Origin: Carcharhinus amblyrhynchos
Taxonomy: Eukaryota
NCBI GenBank assembly: GCA_965287045.1
Contig: OZ336878.1
Location: 69,874,001-69,938,000, forward strand
Reading direction: 5' to 3'
DNA: 64,000 bases
Below are positions 52,601 through 64,000 of this stretch, one piece after another. A program made the position numbers and the translations under genes. How positions within the stretch are numbered: the first letter of the stretch is position 1; each line of letters begins with the position of its first letter. The notes beneath the pieces were generated by a model that worked only from the letters and a program-made list of their open reading frames with translations, was not told where the DNA came from and made no database searches.

Positions 52601-54736
52601 CTCTGTGCTTAAATTCACGTGACCATAGAATTTGTCTCCACATTACAAATTTGATCAGATGCTGGTAAACACCTGAATGAAACCACTAATATATTTAGGT
52701 ATTATTAGTTTCTTAATCCATTGAATTTCATACATATAGCTTTGAAATATCAATAATATCACATCAATCAAACTACATTTACATTTTTGCTGGAAGCAGT
52801 TTTTCGGCTCAGCAGGATTATCCAGTGAGTGGCTGAAAAATAGCAACCACAAGTTGCTTTTTGTCAGATCAGGTTTTGTAGAGTTAGCTGATGCCAGCTG
52901 GGACCCTGGTGAGGATGTTGGAATTGGCCCTAGCACCTCTGCTTTAGAAATGGAAATTAGCTGTTATTTTTACAGTTTGTCACTGCCCCTTTCAAAAGTG
53001 TGGATCAGATGAAGGGAGTATATGATTTGTCTTTGCTCACTGGTCACACCACATTGGTGCTTTCTGGTTCTAAACTTGGGCAAGGTAAACAGCATGACCA
53101 ACACTTGGTTTGTTGTCTGTTATCTTTGTTATCTGTCTTTGTTATCTGTTGCTTAACAGCACTGCTGGCATTGCAGTTCAACTTAATGCTCCAGTGTGAA
53201 GTACAAAGGTCTCAACTTCCATTTCCTTGAAGTCAGTTGTTTAGCTTTCTCTTGTTGTTGAAATCTCCTTATAGTTTTGTCAATGTTGCATGGTTTGCAG
53301 CTAAAATGGAAGCATTTTGTTTGAACAATCATGAAAGCTAATGAATGATGGCAGTTGCACCAATGTGATAGTGATGAGACCTGACAGAGTTAATCAGTAG
53401 AAGTGCTGCACCATGTGCTAATGCCCTATGGTATTGTGGTCAGGGCCTGTGCAACAGCATTACAAATATGAAAATGGTCATTGTGTGACTCATTCCCAAG
53501 AGAAATCAAGGCTTTTATTATGTGGAATATGTGCATTCAGACTGGTGCGCATTTCACAATTTCCATGGTTTCTGTAAAATTTGGATATTTTGGATATTTA
53601 TCGGATATGAACACTCCTAAAGCACCAACACTCGCAAACTTTAGCCAAACCCAAGTAGCTTGGTTTTATTTCTGGATATTTATTTCTCAAGTTGCTGCCT
53701 ATTTTCAGATTCTGAATGCAAACTTGACCTTCCAGAATATTTTTGCTTAAAACTGATGTCAAAAATGTCTTCATCGCTATTCAGGAATAGCTTGCATATG
53801 GAAAAAAGTCCCTGAGAAGAATTGTATTAAAGCATGCTTGTATTTCCACAGAAGTTAAACAATTGCGTTTGATAAAACTGTGGCACTTGCATGTTTTCCC
53901 CCTGCTCCAGGCACTTTGATTTGAATGCTTCCCTCACTTTGCTGTGAACACATTTTATGACAAGACCTTGTGCAAAAATGGACAGAGATAAAATAGCATT
54001 GTTTCTCATTTAAAGCTGATAGATTGTGTGCTATAAGATGTTTAACTGGTAGGTTTGGAACAATTTATTTCAGATTTGTTAATGGGCTACTTCTGTTTTT
54101 AAAGTAATTCCTCAATTGTGTTAAGTTACTGATGTACTATTGGCAATGATATACTTGTGAACATAGTGTGTGTACATATATATATATTAACAGTTACTTT
54201 TGGAGAAGACAGAGATAAAGGTGAGTTTATTTCAGAAATTAATGCCCTTCACTTTAGTCTTGTTTTATGATATTGATTGTCATTATCTGGTCATTTATTT
54301 GACGTTTGATACCATCTTTGGAGCACTGTAAAACTACTAGTTAAAAGCTTCTTTCAGATGCTTTGAAATTGCTTGAAAGTGAGGTGTGAAATACTTTATT
54401 AGAACTAATTTCAAGGTTAAATCTAAACATGAATGTTTGTTTTTTGGAATTTGCTTTTCCAGTTCACTTTGTTTAGAAAATCAAACTCAAATCTTTAATT
54501 ATGTACCTTGAATATGTTGGTTTATTATAAACTTATACCAAAGGTATATTGCTTTCAAGTTATAAATACTGCGAATGACCCATTCTCAGTGCCCTCTGGT
54601 CATCCACTTGTATGTTCCACATAAACATTTCTTCTACTTTATATGAAATTTGATCCTAAAGACTCAAATTTTAGCAAACCTCTGGGTGAACCTTTCCCAA
54701 ACAGGCCTCCTTTCAAATATTACTTTTTCCATATAG

Positions 54737-54817
54737 ATGCTATTCTCAATATGGTGAACATAGCTGCCAACATGCTTGGGGCCAAGAATGAAGCTGAGGA
54801 AATGTCTCAAATGGAAG
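54737..54817 (+). CDS. SUCO: SUCO coding exon (~exon 16)
   Basis: (N)AILNMVNIAANMLGAKNEAEEMSQME; catatag / g|gtaccc. Confidence 0.93.
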
Positions 54818-55930
54818 GTACCCTAGCTTTTCAATTGCATGTATATTTTCAAGAGCGTTTTGTTTTAATTGTAAAATGCTGATATGTCTTGCACGTTGCA
54901 AAAGTTTGAATGTCAGCACTTCATGTGATTACATTTGAGGCATTTATTTTCTTGGTTTTTTTGGAATTGAAAATATAATGGTGGAAGTCAAAATGAATAT
55001 CTTTTTGGATTGATCATTGGCTGTTCTTAAGAAGTGAAAAGGTCTCCCATAGCAAGTCATCTATTGAAGTATAGTTTGCGTGGGCAGATTTCATCTGGTT
55101 CTATTCCTTTTTTCGAATAAAATTGTACTATTAATTTGTGACTGTTTCATCACTGTTTTGCTTCTACTTTGTAAAAATGCGAAGTAGTGGACAAAATGCC
55201 AACAACTTGAACATAAATCTGACACACAAGCATTCGCATCCTTTTCTAGCTAATGATGAATGGAAACTCCTGAGACCAACAAGATTCGGTTTGTTCTTTC
55301 TAACTGTTCCACTAAAATTTTAGTTTTGAAATAATACTTCATTGACACTGGCTGGATTACAATCACATTGTGATGCACCCTATTGGGTATCAAAGGGATC
55401 TAAAGAAATTGCAAACTTGTACTTGTATGGTTGTTTTTAATGTTTCTGTTCCCCAGAATGATTTATACCCAATGGATTACTTTTTGAAATACAGCTACTG
55501 TGGGGAGATGCAGTAGTGATTGGTGCACATCAACCTCTAGAAACAATGAAGGAGCATACCACTAAACTGTGTTGTTGCTGTAAAGATTAATCTTAGATAA
55601 GACACCTTTTCTTCAAATTGTGATTTTAAAAACACGTCCACCTGAATGAACAGACAGGATTTCGGTTTAATCACTTGTCTAGAGTCTTATACACTATTGC
55701 TTTACCTCTGTACTGCATTGAACTGTTCGCTTGGATTACATATTCCAGTTCAAGAACATGTAATGCTCAATCTCTCCTCCTAATTTGCTGCCACTGAACC
55801 AAACTGATTTTTCTTGTCCAAACCTGACGTTGCACCAAACCTTGGAAGACTAATGCTTTGCCTAAGTTATTGCATTGCAAAATAATTTTCTGCATTTTAA
55901 AAGCAATATTGGAATGCTTATATTTTTCAG

Positions 55931-56021
55931 TCAATGGAAGTATTAAATCTGAGAATGAAACTGCAAAATTGGACATTCCTGATCCTATGGTGGGCCCTAG
56001 TCCGACCTCTTCACTGCCAGA
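55931..56021 (+). CDS. SUCO: SUCO coding exon (~exon 17)
   Basis: (V)NGSIKSENETAKLDIPDPMVGPSPTSSLP(E); tttttcag / ga|gtgagt; phase 1-2 fits neighbours. Confidence 0.85.
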
Positions 56022-56779
56022 GTGAGTAGTTATAAGCATTTTAAACACTTAGTGCACCAAAGTAGAACATAGTTAAATTTAATTCTTGAGGTTTGTTTTT
56101 ATTGCCTCAAGTATTTAGTTGACATATAGCTTTTTAAATAGGGATTGGATGTGATCAAGTAAGTGACCATACACTTTGAACAAATTTTGTTTTAAAGATC
56201 TGAGGTGGATGGAAGTTAAATAACAGCTTAAATTGTAGCACTAATTATACTGGGTTCAACAACTTGAATGTCATGCCACCCAAACACTGTGCTCATTAAT
56301 CATAAGGAAAGTTAGTAGCCACTTTTTCAAATAGAAGCTTAATTTGTGCAGTTTAGTAAACAGACGAGTAACAGTGAACAATGGGGCTCTTGAGAGCGTA
56401 TGAAAAGAGTAATTTTGGCAGTTTTTACCTGTGGCATAAATTCCAGTGATGGGAGAGGCGGACGTAAATGAGAGAAACAAAAACCAAGATTGCTTGAAGA
56501 AAGATTGAATATTCTTGGGTATCATATAATTTTTTTTGAATTAGCTTAGATCAAATTTTGTCAGAGCAGTGTACCCTTGTCATTTATAACCTGCTTTTTT
56601 ATTCCTTATCCTGATGCTGGTTTTTCTAATGATTTAACTTAAATCTTCCACAGCTCCTTATTTACCCCCCTGCGAATGTGCAGAAAACACTTTAATGCTA
56701 TTGCTGAAGACGACCCGATTGTGAAGTGAAATGTAGTTCATTTATGGGATATGGGTTTTGCTGGTTAGGCCAGCATTTC

Positions 56780-57088
56780 ATACAATCATTGTGCAGGAGG
56801 AGGCCATTCAGCCCATTGAGTCTGCACCAACTCTGAGCATCATGCCCAGGCCCACCCTTGTGTCCTATCCCATTATAATGGCTAATCCATTCAGCCCACG
56901 CACACTTGGACACTGAGGGGCAACTTAGCATGGCCAATCCCCCAAATCCTCACATCTTTAGACTGTGGGAAGAAACCCACATAGACGTGAGAATAATGTT
57001 CAAACTCCACACAAACAATCATCCAAGGACAGAGTTGAACCCAGGTCCTTGGTGCTGTAAGGCAGCAATGCTTGCCACTGTGCTGCCC
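56780..57088 (-). mobile_element. HE1-type SINE nested in a LINE 3' end
   Basis: Reverse complement of the 22079 family; LINE sequence on both sides. Confidence 0.85.
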
Positions 57089-57645
57089 ATCCCTGATTGC
57101 CCGTAAGAAGATGGTGGTAAGCCTTCTTGAACTTTTGAATCCCTGTAGTGTAGGTATGCCCACAGTGCTGTTAGGGGGATTCCAAGATATTGACTTGGCG
57201 ACAGTGAAGGAATGGTAATATATTTCCAGTCTGGATGGTGAGTGGCTTGGAGGACAACCAAGTACTGATGTTCCCATATGCCTGCTGCATTATCCTTCTA
57301 GGGTTTTGAAGGTGCTGCCTATGGAGCCTTGGTGAGTTCCTGCAGTCAATCTTGCAGATGGTGATACATGTTGCTACCACTGTTTTGTCAGTGGTGGTGT
57401 GAGTGAATATTTCTGGATGGGTAGCAATCAAATGGACTGATTTGATTTGAATGATGTCCAGCTTAAGTGTTGTTGAAGCTGCACTCATAAGCAAGTGAAC
57501 AGTATTCCATCACACTCCTGACTTGTGCCTTGTAGATGGTGGCAGACTTTGGAGAGTCAGGAGGTGAGTTAATCACTGCAAGACTCCCAGCCTCTGATGT
57601 GCTCTGGTAGCCACAGCATTTAGTAGGCTAGTCCAGTTCCATTTC
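57085..57645 (-). mobile_element. LINE 3' fragment (3' tip at ~56745-56780, separated by a SINE)
   Basis: Same family motifs (acagtgaaggaatgg, ttccatcacactcctgacttgtgccttgtagatgg). Confidence 0.8.
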
Positions 57646-57836
57646 CTCTGCACTATTAATATGGCAGCAAATGTTCTTGTTTTTAATTTAAGTAAGCAGA
57701 GCTCTTATTTTAGCAGTAGACTGCATTAAAAGCCAATAGCATGGTGAGTTAGTATATTCTTACACTGAGATGGAAATTACAGCTCTACTGACCAAAGAAT
57801 TGAATATTAGAGGCATTGTTTGACTGTCTTTATAGG

Positions 57837-58894
57837 CAGTAAAAAGTCTGACAACACCAGGTTTTAGTCCAACCGATTTATTTGATAGTAAACGCACAAG
57901 CTTTTGAGGTTTCCCTCTTTGTCAGGTGAATGGAGAGTTCTGGCCTCAGACAGAGCATATAAAGCACAGACAGTTTAGAGATTACTGATTAGAAAGCGAA
58001 TCTTTACACCTAACCTGCTGTTCAAGTCCTAAAGTGGCTGACAATGTGAGTGGAAGGAGCACTGATCACAGGTTAAAGAGATGTGTAGTGTCTCCAGACA
58101 GCCCAGTGAGTGAGGTTTTGCAAACCCAGGCAAGTCACGGGGGTTACAGATAGCGTGACATGAACCCAAGATCCCTGTTGAGACCGTCCTCGTGTGTGCG
58201 GAACTTGGCTATCAGTCTCTGCGCTGTCGTGTGTCGTGAAGGCCGCCTTGGAGAACGCTTACCCGAAGGTCAGAGGCTGAATGCCCGTGACCACTGAAGT
58301 GTTTGCCAACAGGAAGGGAACAGTCTTGCCTGGAGATTGTCGAGCAATCATGCTCGACAATCTCCAGGCAAGACTGTTCCCTTCCTGTTGGCAAACACTT
58401 CAGTGGTCACGGGCATTCAGCCTCTGACCTTCGGGTAAGCGTTCTCCAAGGCGGCCTTCACGACACACGACAGCGCAGAGACTGATAGCCAAGTTCCGCA
58501 CACACGAGGACGGTCTCAACAGGGATCTTGGGTTCATGTCACGCTATCTGTAACCCCCGTGACTTGCCTGGGTTTGCAAAACCTCACTCACTGGGCTGTC
58601 TGGAGACACTACACATCTCTTTAACCAGTGATCAGTGCTCCTTCCACTCACATTGTCAGCCACTTTAGGACTTGAACAGCAGGTTAGGTGTAAAGATTCG
58701 CTTTCTAATCAGTAATCTCTAAACTGTCTGTGCTTTATATGCTCTGTCTGAGGCCAGAACTCTCCATTCACCTGACAAAGAGGGAAACCTCAAAAGCTTG
58801 TGCGTTTACTATCAAATAAATCGGTTGGACTAAAACCTGGTGTTGTCAGACTTTTTACTGTGTTTACCCCAGTCCAACGCCGGCACATCCACAT
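57837..58894. mobile_element. Penelope-like element, 5'-truncated head-to-head palindromic insertion
   Basis: Arms 57837-58346 and 58351-58860 are reverse complements; they encode a GIY-YIG-type C-terminus (STISRQDCSLPVGKHFSGHGHSASDLRVSVLQGG / LIAKFRTHEDGLNRDLGFMSRYL*); 34-nt tail on one side; TSD tgtctt(t)atagg. Confidence 0.88.
58769..58802 (+). ncRNA. Degenerate minimal hammerhead ribozyme motif in PLE terminus (mirror copy 57895-57928 on - strand)
   Basis: cac-CTGACAA-a-gagg-gaaa-cctc-AAAA-gct-t-gtg; layout matches CUGANGA/stem II/GAAA/stem I with two G>A core changes. Confidence 0.65.
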
Positions 58895-59118
58895 GTCTTA
58901 TAGGCCCCAGGGATGGGCAAGTGTGGCAAATGTAAATTTTGCACTGTATGGTGGGCACCCTACTGAGGTTTGAGCCATTTTGTTAGTATTGTATTGACTC
59001 TGCACATGGATCTCTCAACACCGGATTATCCTGAACTGTTAGATGCCAAAAAATATTGTTCGTTGCAACAGTTAATGAATTATCTGAAACTTAATTGATG
59101 CTCTGTCTTTGTCTTTAG

Positions 59119-60390
59119 GCCAGACTTGGTTGTTGATCGTTCCATAACTGGGGAAGATGGTAAACCAGAGCAAGAGTCTTCTGATCCAAGTACTCACAAA
59201 GAGAACCTCATTGTGCAGCTGGTACAAGATGAGGATGAGGAATTAGTGAATCGGCAGTCCACTGTCACTCTTCTAAAACCTGAAGATGATGACGATGATT
59301 ATATTAGAGGCAGTTGGTTTGAAACTGAAACACAGACGTACTGCAGTGAGCTGCCTGGTATTTCTTGTATTTCTAATTTCCAAGAGTATATTTATAAATC
59401 CTGCTTCCTCATTGTGGCCCTCCGAAGGCAGCGCAGCCAAACACTCCTAGTTAATGAAAAAGTTCAACCAGTTCCTGACATCCACCACCTTTTAACTGGG
59501 CAGAAGGAAACTGTTTTGATCAATGAGACAAAGGAAGTGATTGAGGATGAATTGGACAGCCTGTCTGCTGATAAAGTGACGAAAGTTAGCAGTGAAAGTC
59601 AGTCTAGTACTGATTTGCCTGATAGTTTAACCAATCAGACTGACACTATTGAATTGGAGCCCAGCCATCCTCCACCTGCTTCCCATTCTCCTGAAGTCAG
59701 TACATCTGATACAAAATATGATGTGAAATGTACTGCCGTTCTTCACAGTTCTGATGATATTGTCACTGACACACTGTCTGACCAGATTCATCTTCGACCA
59801 GAGCTTACTGTACCCATTCTGGAACAAAGTACAGAAACTAAATTGGACACCCCACAGAAGGAAATAACTGAAGCTCCAGAGGAGACTTTGCTAATATTAG
59901 AAACTGAAGCTGCTAACGAGACCAGCTTGGGTGTTTTACCAAATGGGTCTATGAACGAAAACCAAGAAACTGCTCAAATACCAATCACGCCGACAGTGCC
60001 CATACAGCCAGCTGATAGTATAGATGAGCATCTAGCAACTGAGATTCAGAATGAAACTACTGGTGGGAAAAGGACCTTGGTAGAAACGGAAGTAGCTTTG
60101 CTGCCTTCAGGTTCAGATATTTCTGTCTCATCAGCAGCAGAGACAAAAGATGAAGATCAAGCTGCAGAAGACATCCTCCTGCCTGTTCCATCCTCAAATG
60201 GGCTAAATAGAACAGTTACTGATTTCTATGCAGAATTGCACAATGTTACTGATCTGGGATATACTAATGGGAATCAAGTACATGGATCCAATCAAAAGGA
60301 GTCTGTATTTATGCGGCTCAACAACCGTATCAAGGCATTAGAAATGAACATGTCCCTGAGTAGCCGGTATCTAGAAGAACTGAGCCAACG
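59119..60390 (+). CDS. SUCO: SUCO large coding exon (~exon 18, 1272 nt)
   Basis: Matches the 425-aa ORF; IVQLVQ, STVTLL, WFETETQ.YCSEL, DFYAEL and HGSNQKESVFMRLNNRIKALEMNMSLSSRYLEELSQR; tctttag / cg|gtgtgt. Confidence 0.97.
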
Positions 60391-60542
60391 GTGTGTACAA
60401 TAGCCTGGAGTGGTTTCTGCACCTTTTTAAACATTTGCTTGAGACACAAAAATGTGTTTTAATCATTAAGCAACGTATATTTTAATGTTTTGTAGAGAAA
60501 AAATGTCACTGAAACCTGTACTTTTGTGGTGTTGCTGGTGAG

Positions 60543-60817
60543 TCATAAAATTCTTACAGTCCAGAAGGAGGCCATTCAGCCTATCCAACCTGCACCAACA
60601 ACAATCCCACCCAGACCCGATCCCTTAACCCCATCTATTTATACATGATACTAAGGGGCAATTTAGTATGGCCATTCAACTTAACCCGCTCATGTTTGCA
60701 GCGTGGGAGGAAACTTATGCAGATATGTGAAGAATGTACAAACTTCATACGGACAGTGTCCCAAGGCTGGAATTGCTGTGAGGCAGCAGTGCTAGCCATT
60801 GTGCCACCATGCTGCCC
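60543..60817 (-). mobile_element. HE1-type SINE
   Basis: Reverse complement of the 22079 family. Confidence 0.82.
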
Positions 60818-61599
60818 AATTAGTTATCCCTGGTCAGTTAGCAAGACGTTGCATCATTATTACATTTTTGGTTTGGCCCAGTCCGCCAAGAGATAACTGG
60901 GCAGAAACAATATTGTGCCTCATCTAGACCATTTTTAATTTAATGGTGCTTGATTTGTTTTGCAATATATGGGTTAGATACTTTGTGGAGATTTTAACTT
61001 CCCCACATTTGGCCATTTTGACATTACTGTCAAATTGTTTCTTCTAATGACTAACTAGATCAGAGGCCACAGATGTAACTCAGGAAAGTCTGTTTCTGGA
61101 CACTTGGTGGCAATGCACTTTCTGTGAATCAGTAACAAAGGGTTCATCTTATGATTAGTCTTTCAGCTGGATATCACAGCATGTAGGTTGGTGTTTTTCA
61201 AAGTGGAGGTCACAATCTTTGGGTGATTCCCCAAAATAATCCCCAAAGATCACCTGACCTTTATTTGCATTTTTTTTCTCTGGGTAAATTCTCACTGCCA
61301 TACAGTGCATGACCACATGAGGCAAGAATAAGCAGGTCAGTGTGCCCGTATGTGCACTTGGTGCAAAGTGTCCTGTAAATCTGTGCACTTGGTGCCAATT
61401 TTTGTTCCCTTTCTAGTAAGCCAGATGTCGACATAAATCTTTTTCTTGTGTCAAAGGGCCAGAGATATCAACAGCCCATAAACTGGCCAGAATCTTGCAT
61501 CTGAATCTGCTAAAGAGGGCACCAGCTGCTCTGTCACATCTGTGACAGACGGAGCACAACTAATGTTAGCTATGATCAGAGTGCCTGAGCCTGAGCAGC

Positions 61600-61705
61600 T
61601 TGTAAAGAAAAAAGCTCGTCAGGAGCAATGCAGTATAAAGATGAGTTTTTTGAGCTATGGTTTTGTCAATTGTGCCAATGCAAAGCCCTTGTGTGTTATA
61701 TGTAT
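61600..61705 (+). mobile_element. hAT (Charlie/Buster-like) transposase N-terminal relic
   Basis: QYKDEF(frameshift)LSYGFVNCANAKPLCVIC resembles the RxY...YGF...PxCVIC start of Buster/ZBED5-type transposases. Confidence 0.5.
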
Positions 61706-61889
61706 ATAAGAATTCTTGCTAGGTTGTGACTTTTGAGACTCTCAAACAGATTTCCTTGTTCAACTTTGGGGACTGTCAACAGTCATTTCACTGTGCAGTT
61801 GAGGCTCTGATTTATTTTCTATTAATGATGCTCTTCTAATATATAAGAACTTTGATCATTGGTTTGCTTTTGTTGACAAAACTCTGCAG

Positions 61890-62600
61890 AAGAACACAAG
61901 AAATAGAAGCTGAAATAGACCATTTGGCTCCTCAAACTTGCTGTGCTAAAGTTCATGGCTGATCTAATTGTGACCATAATCTACTTCCTTGCCTTACTGC
62001 CACATAACGTTCAACCTACTTGTTGAAAATCTGTCTTGTGCAGGGCAAGTGCTAATTTATGTGGACTGAATAGCTTGTGGGAGGAGAGATACCTTAGTCT
62101 CTCACAGTCACCCTCTCATAGAAACAAAGAAGATTGGAGTAGGAGGAGGCCATTTGGCCCTTCGAGCCTGCTCTGCCGTTCGTCATGATCATGGCTGATT
62201 GTCCAACTCAATAGCCTAATCCTGCTTTTTAGAACGTAGAAAAATTACAGCACAAACAGGCCCTTCGGCCCACAAGTTGCGCCGATGATATCCCTACCTA
62301 CTAGGCTTACCTATAACCCTCAGTTCTATTAAATTCCATGTACTCATCCAGAAGTCTCTTTTAAGACCCTATCAAATTTGCCTCCACCACCACCACCGTC
62401 GGCAGCTGATTCCACTCACCCACTACCCTCTGAGTGAAAAACTTACCCCTGATATCTCCTCTGTACTTACTCCCCAGCACCTTTAAACTGGTGTCCTCTT
62501 GTAGCAACCATTCCAGCCCTAGGGAAAAAACCTCTGAGAATCCACCCGATCTATATCTGTCAACATCTTATACACTTCTATCAGGTCACCTCTCATCCTT
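61890..62600 (-). mobile_element. Cluster of antisense CR1 3' ends
   Basis: Three tail starts (aagaacacaagaaatag, catagaaacaaagaagattgg, tagaacgtagaaaaattacagcac) with ggcccttcg motifs. Confidence 0.7.
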
Positions 62601-62745
62601 CGTCAATACCAACAGTTTTTTGAATACATTCATCCCAAGTGCTGTATCTAGCCGCCTTTTGAACACATTTAATCCCCCAACTTGCACATCCTGGGCACTA
62701 AGGGACACTTCAATATGGTCAATCCATCTCACCTGCACATCTTTG

Positions 62746-63225
62746 AATGTAAAGGGGCAGTACTTGGATTCCCTCCTATTGGAGATGGTCATTGCCTGCT
62801 ACTTGTGTAGCGCAAATGTTATTTACCACTTATCAACCCAAGCCTGGATATTGTTCAGACCGTGGTAAATTTCAATGTGGGCTGTGTCAGTACATGAGTC
62901 GCAAATGGTGCTCAACACTGCGCAGTCATTAGTGAACATCCGTACTTCTAACCTTTATGATGGAGAGAAGGTCGATGACGAGGCAGTTGAAGATGGTTGA
63001 GGTGAAAGACAGGATCTTGAACTCCTGCAGTGATGTTGTAGAACTGAGATGATTGATTTCCAATAACAGCACCATCTTCCATTTGTTAAGTATCGCAACT
63101 GGCAAAGAATTTTGCCCCTGATTCCCATTGAGTCCAGTTTTGCTGGACCTTGATGCCCATACTTGGTCAAATGCTGCCTTGATGTCAAGGGCAGTGTAGC
63201 TATTTTGTTCATGTTTAAACCAAGA
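62746..63225 (-). mobile_element. LINE RT fragment
   Basis: tggagatggtcattgcctg...ggtcaaatgctgccttgatgtcaagggcagt (minus strand reads ALDIKAAFDQVW). Confidence 0.75.
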
Positions 63226-64000
63226 CTTTAGTGAAATCCAATGTGAGCAAGCATGGGCTGTTTTATTGTTGCAAGAGATGTAAATGAAACTGAGAACTTT
63301 GGAATTGTCAGCCAGTGCCTTGTCCCTGACCTAATTTAGGGAATGTCATTTGCGGAAGTATATGGAAATGATTGGATTATGGCTGCTGTCTTGGATTCTC
63401 AAAGTGATGTGTCAGGCTGTGCTGATTTTCTTTGAAACTGATCATTTTTCTAAATACATAAACTCAGAGGAATGTATGCTAAATTTAGAAGGTTAATTGA
63501 GGTGCTTAATATAATAATTCAATGGGGTCAATAGAAACACTCTTCTGGTAGGGAAAGCTAAAATAAGCAGACATCTTAAAACTTGAGCTAACCCAATTTT
63601 GGTGAAATTTGGAAGCAGTTTTTCATAAGGGGTAGAAGAAATCTCGAGCAGTCTCTCCCTGAAAGGCAATCAATTGTGGGTGTATTGAAGCTTTCAAGAC
63701 TCAGATTGATAGTTTTGTTAGTTTGGGTTATCCAGGGATATGGCGCAAACACTATTAAATGGAATTGAGCTACAGGGAGAGGTTCTGAATGGTGGACCAG
63801 CGCACAAGCTCACCTTGCTTTGTTCCCATGTTGGGCATGAATCCAATCTCTCAGTGATTTTCCACTTGCCCTCCATTAGCCAGTTTTACTAAGGCTTATT
63901 GTTGCTATATATACTCAAAGGCTGCCTTTGTATACAAGGCAGATGCTCATCCTCCTTTGACATTTAGTCCTTGACTTCATGTTTATCTGGTAGTGTGGTT

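Noticed and set aside
58212-58485. Two mirrored 60-aa ORFs
   Set aside because: Artefact of the palindrome; they are fragments of a broken PLE endonuclease frame, not genes
61351-61395. Short direct repeat tgtgcacttggtgc (two copies)
   Set aside because: Only two 14-bp copies; not an array and not CRISPR-like

Overview
Eukaryotic (elasmobranch/shark-like, judged from HE1/V-SINE, Deu-SINE and CR1 repeats) AT-rich genomic DNA spanning the interior of the + strand SUCO gene (SUN domain-containing ossification factor). Seventeen phase-compatible coding exons (about exons 2-18, 23769-60390) were reconstructed, including the SUN domain, a 21-nt microexon, a GC-AG intron and a 1272-nt exon. Exon 1 and the 3' exons were not found in the window. 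Introns hold a processed MRPL16 pseudogene, nested LINEs and SINEs, a Harbinger-like MITE and several Penelope-like (PLE) remnants. The most striking structure is a ~1 kb near-perfect palindrome (two 510-bp arms, 4-nt spacer, one mismatch seen) built from a PLE GIY-YIG 3' end with a hammerhead-ribozyme-like motif, a 34-nt one-sided tail and a TSD. A 200-bp palindromic mini-copy and a 62-bp TSD-flanked micro-insertion of related PLE termini are also present. Gene and family names come from recalled sequences, not database searches. Repeat boundaries are approximate; exon boundaries were read from splice signals and reading phase.
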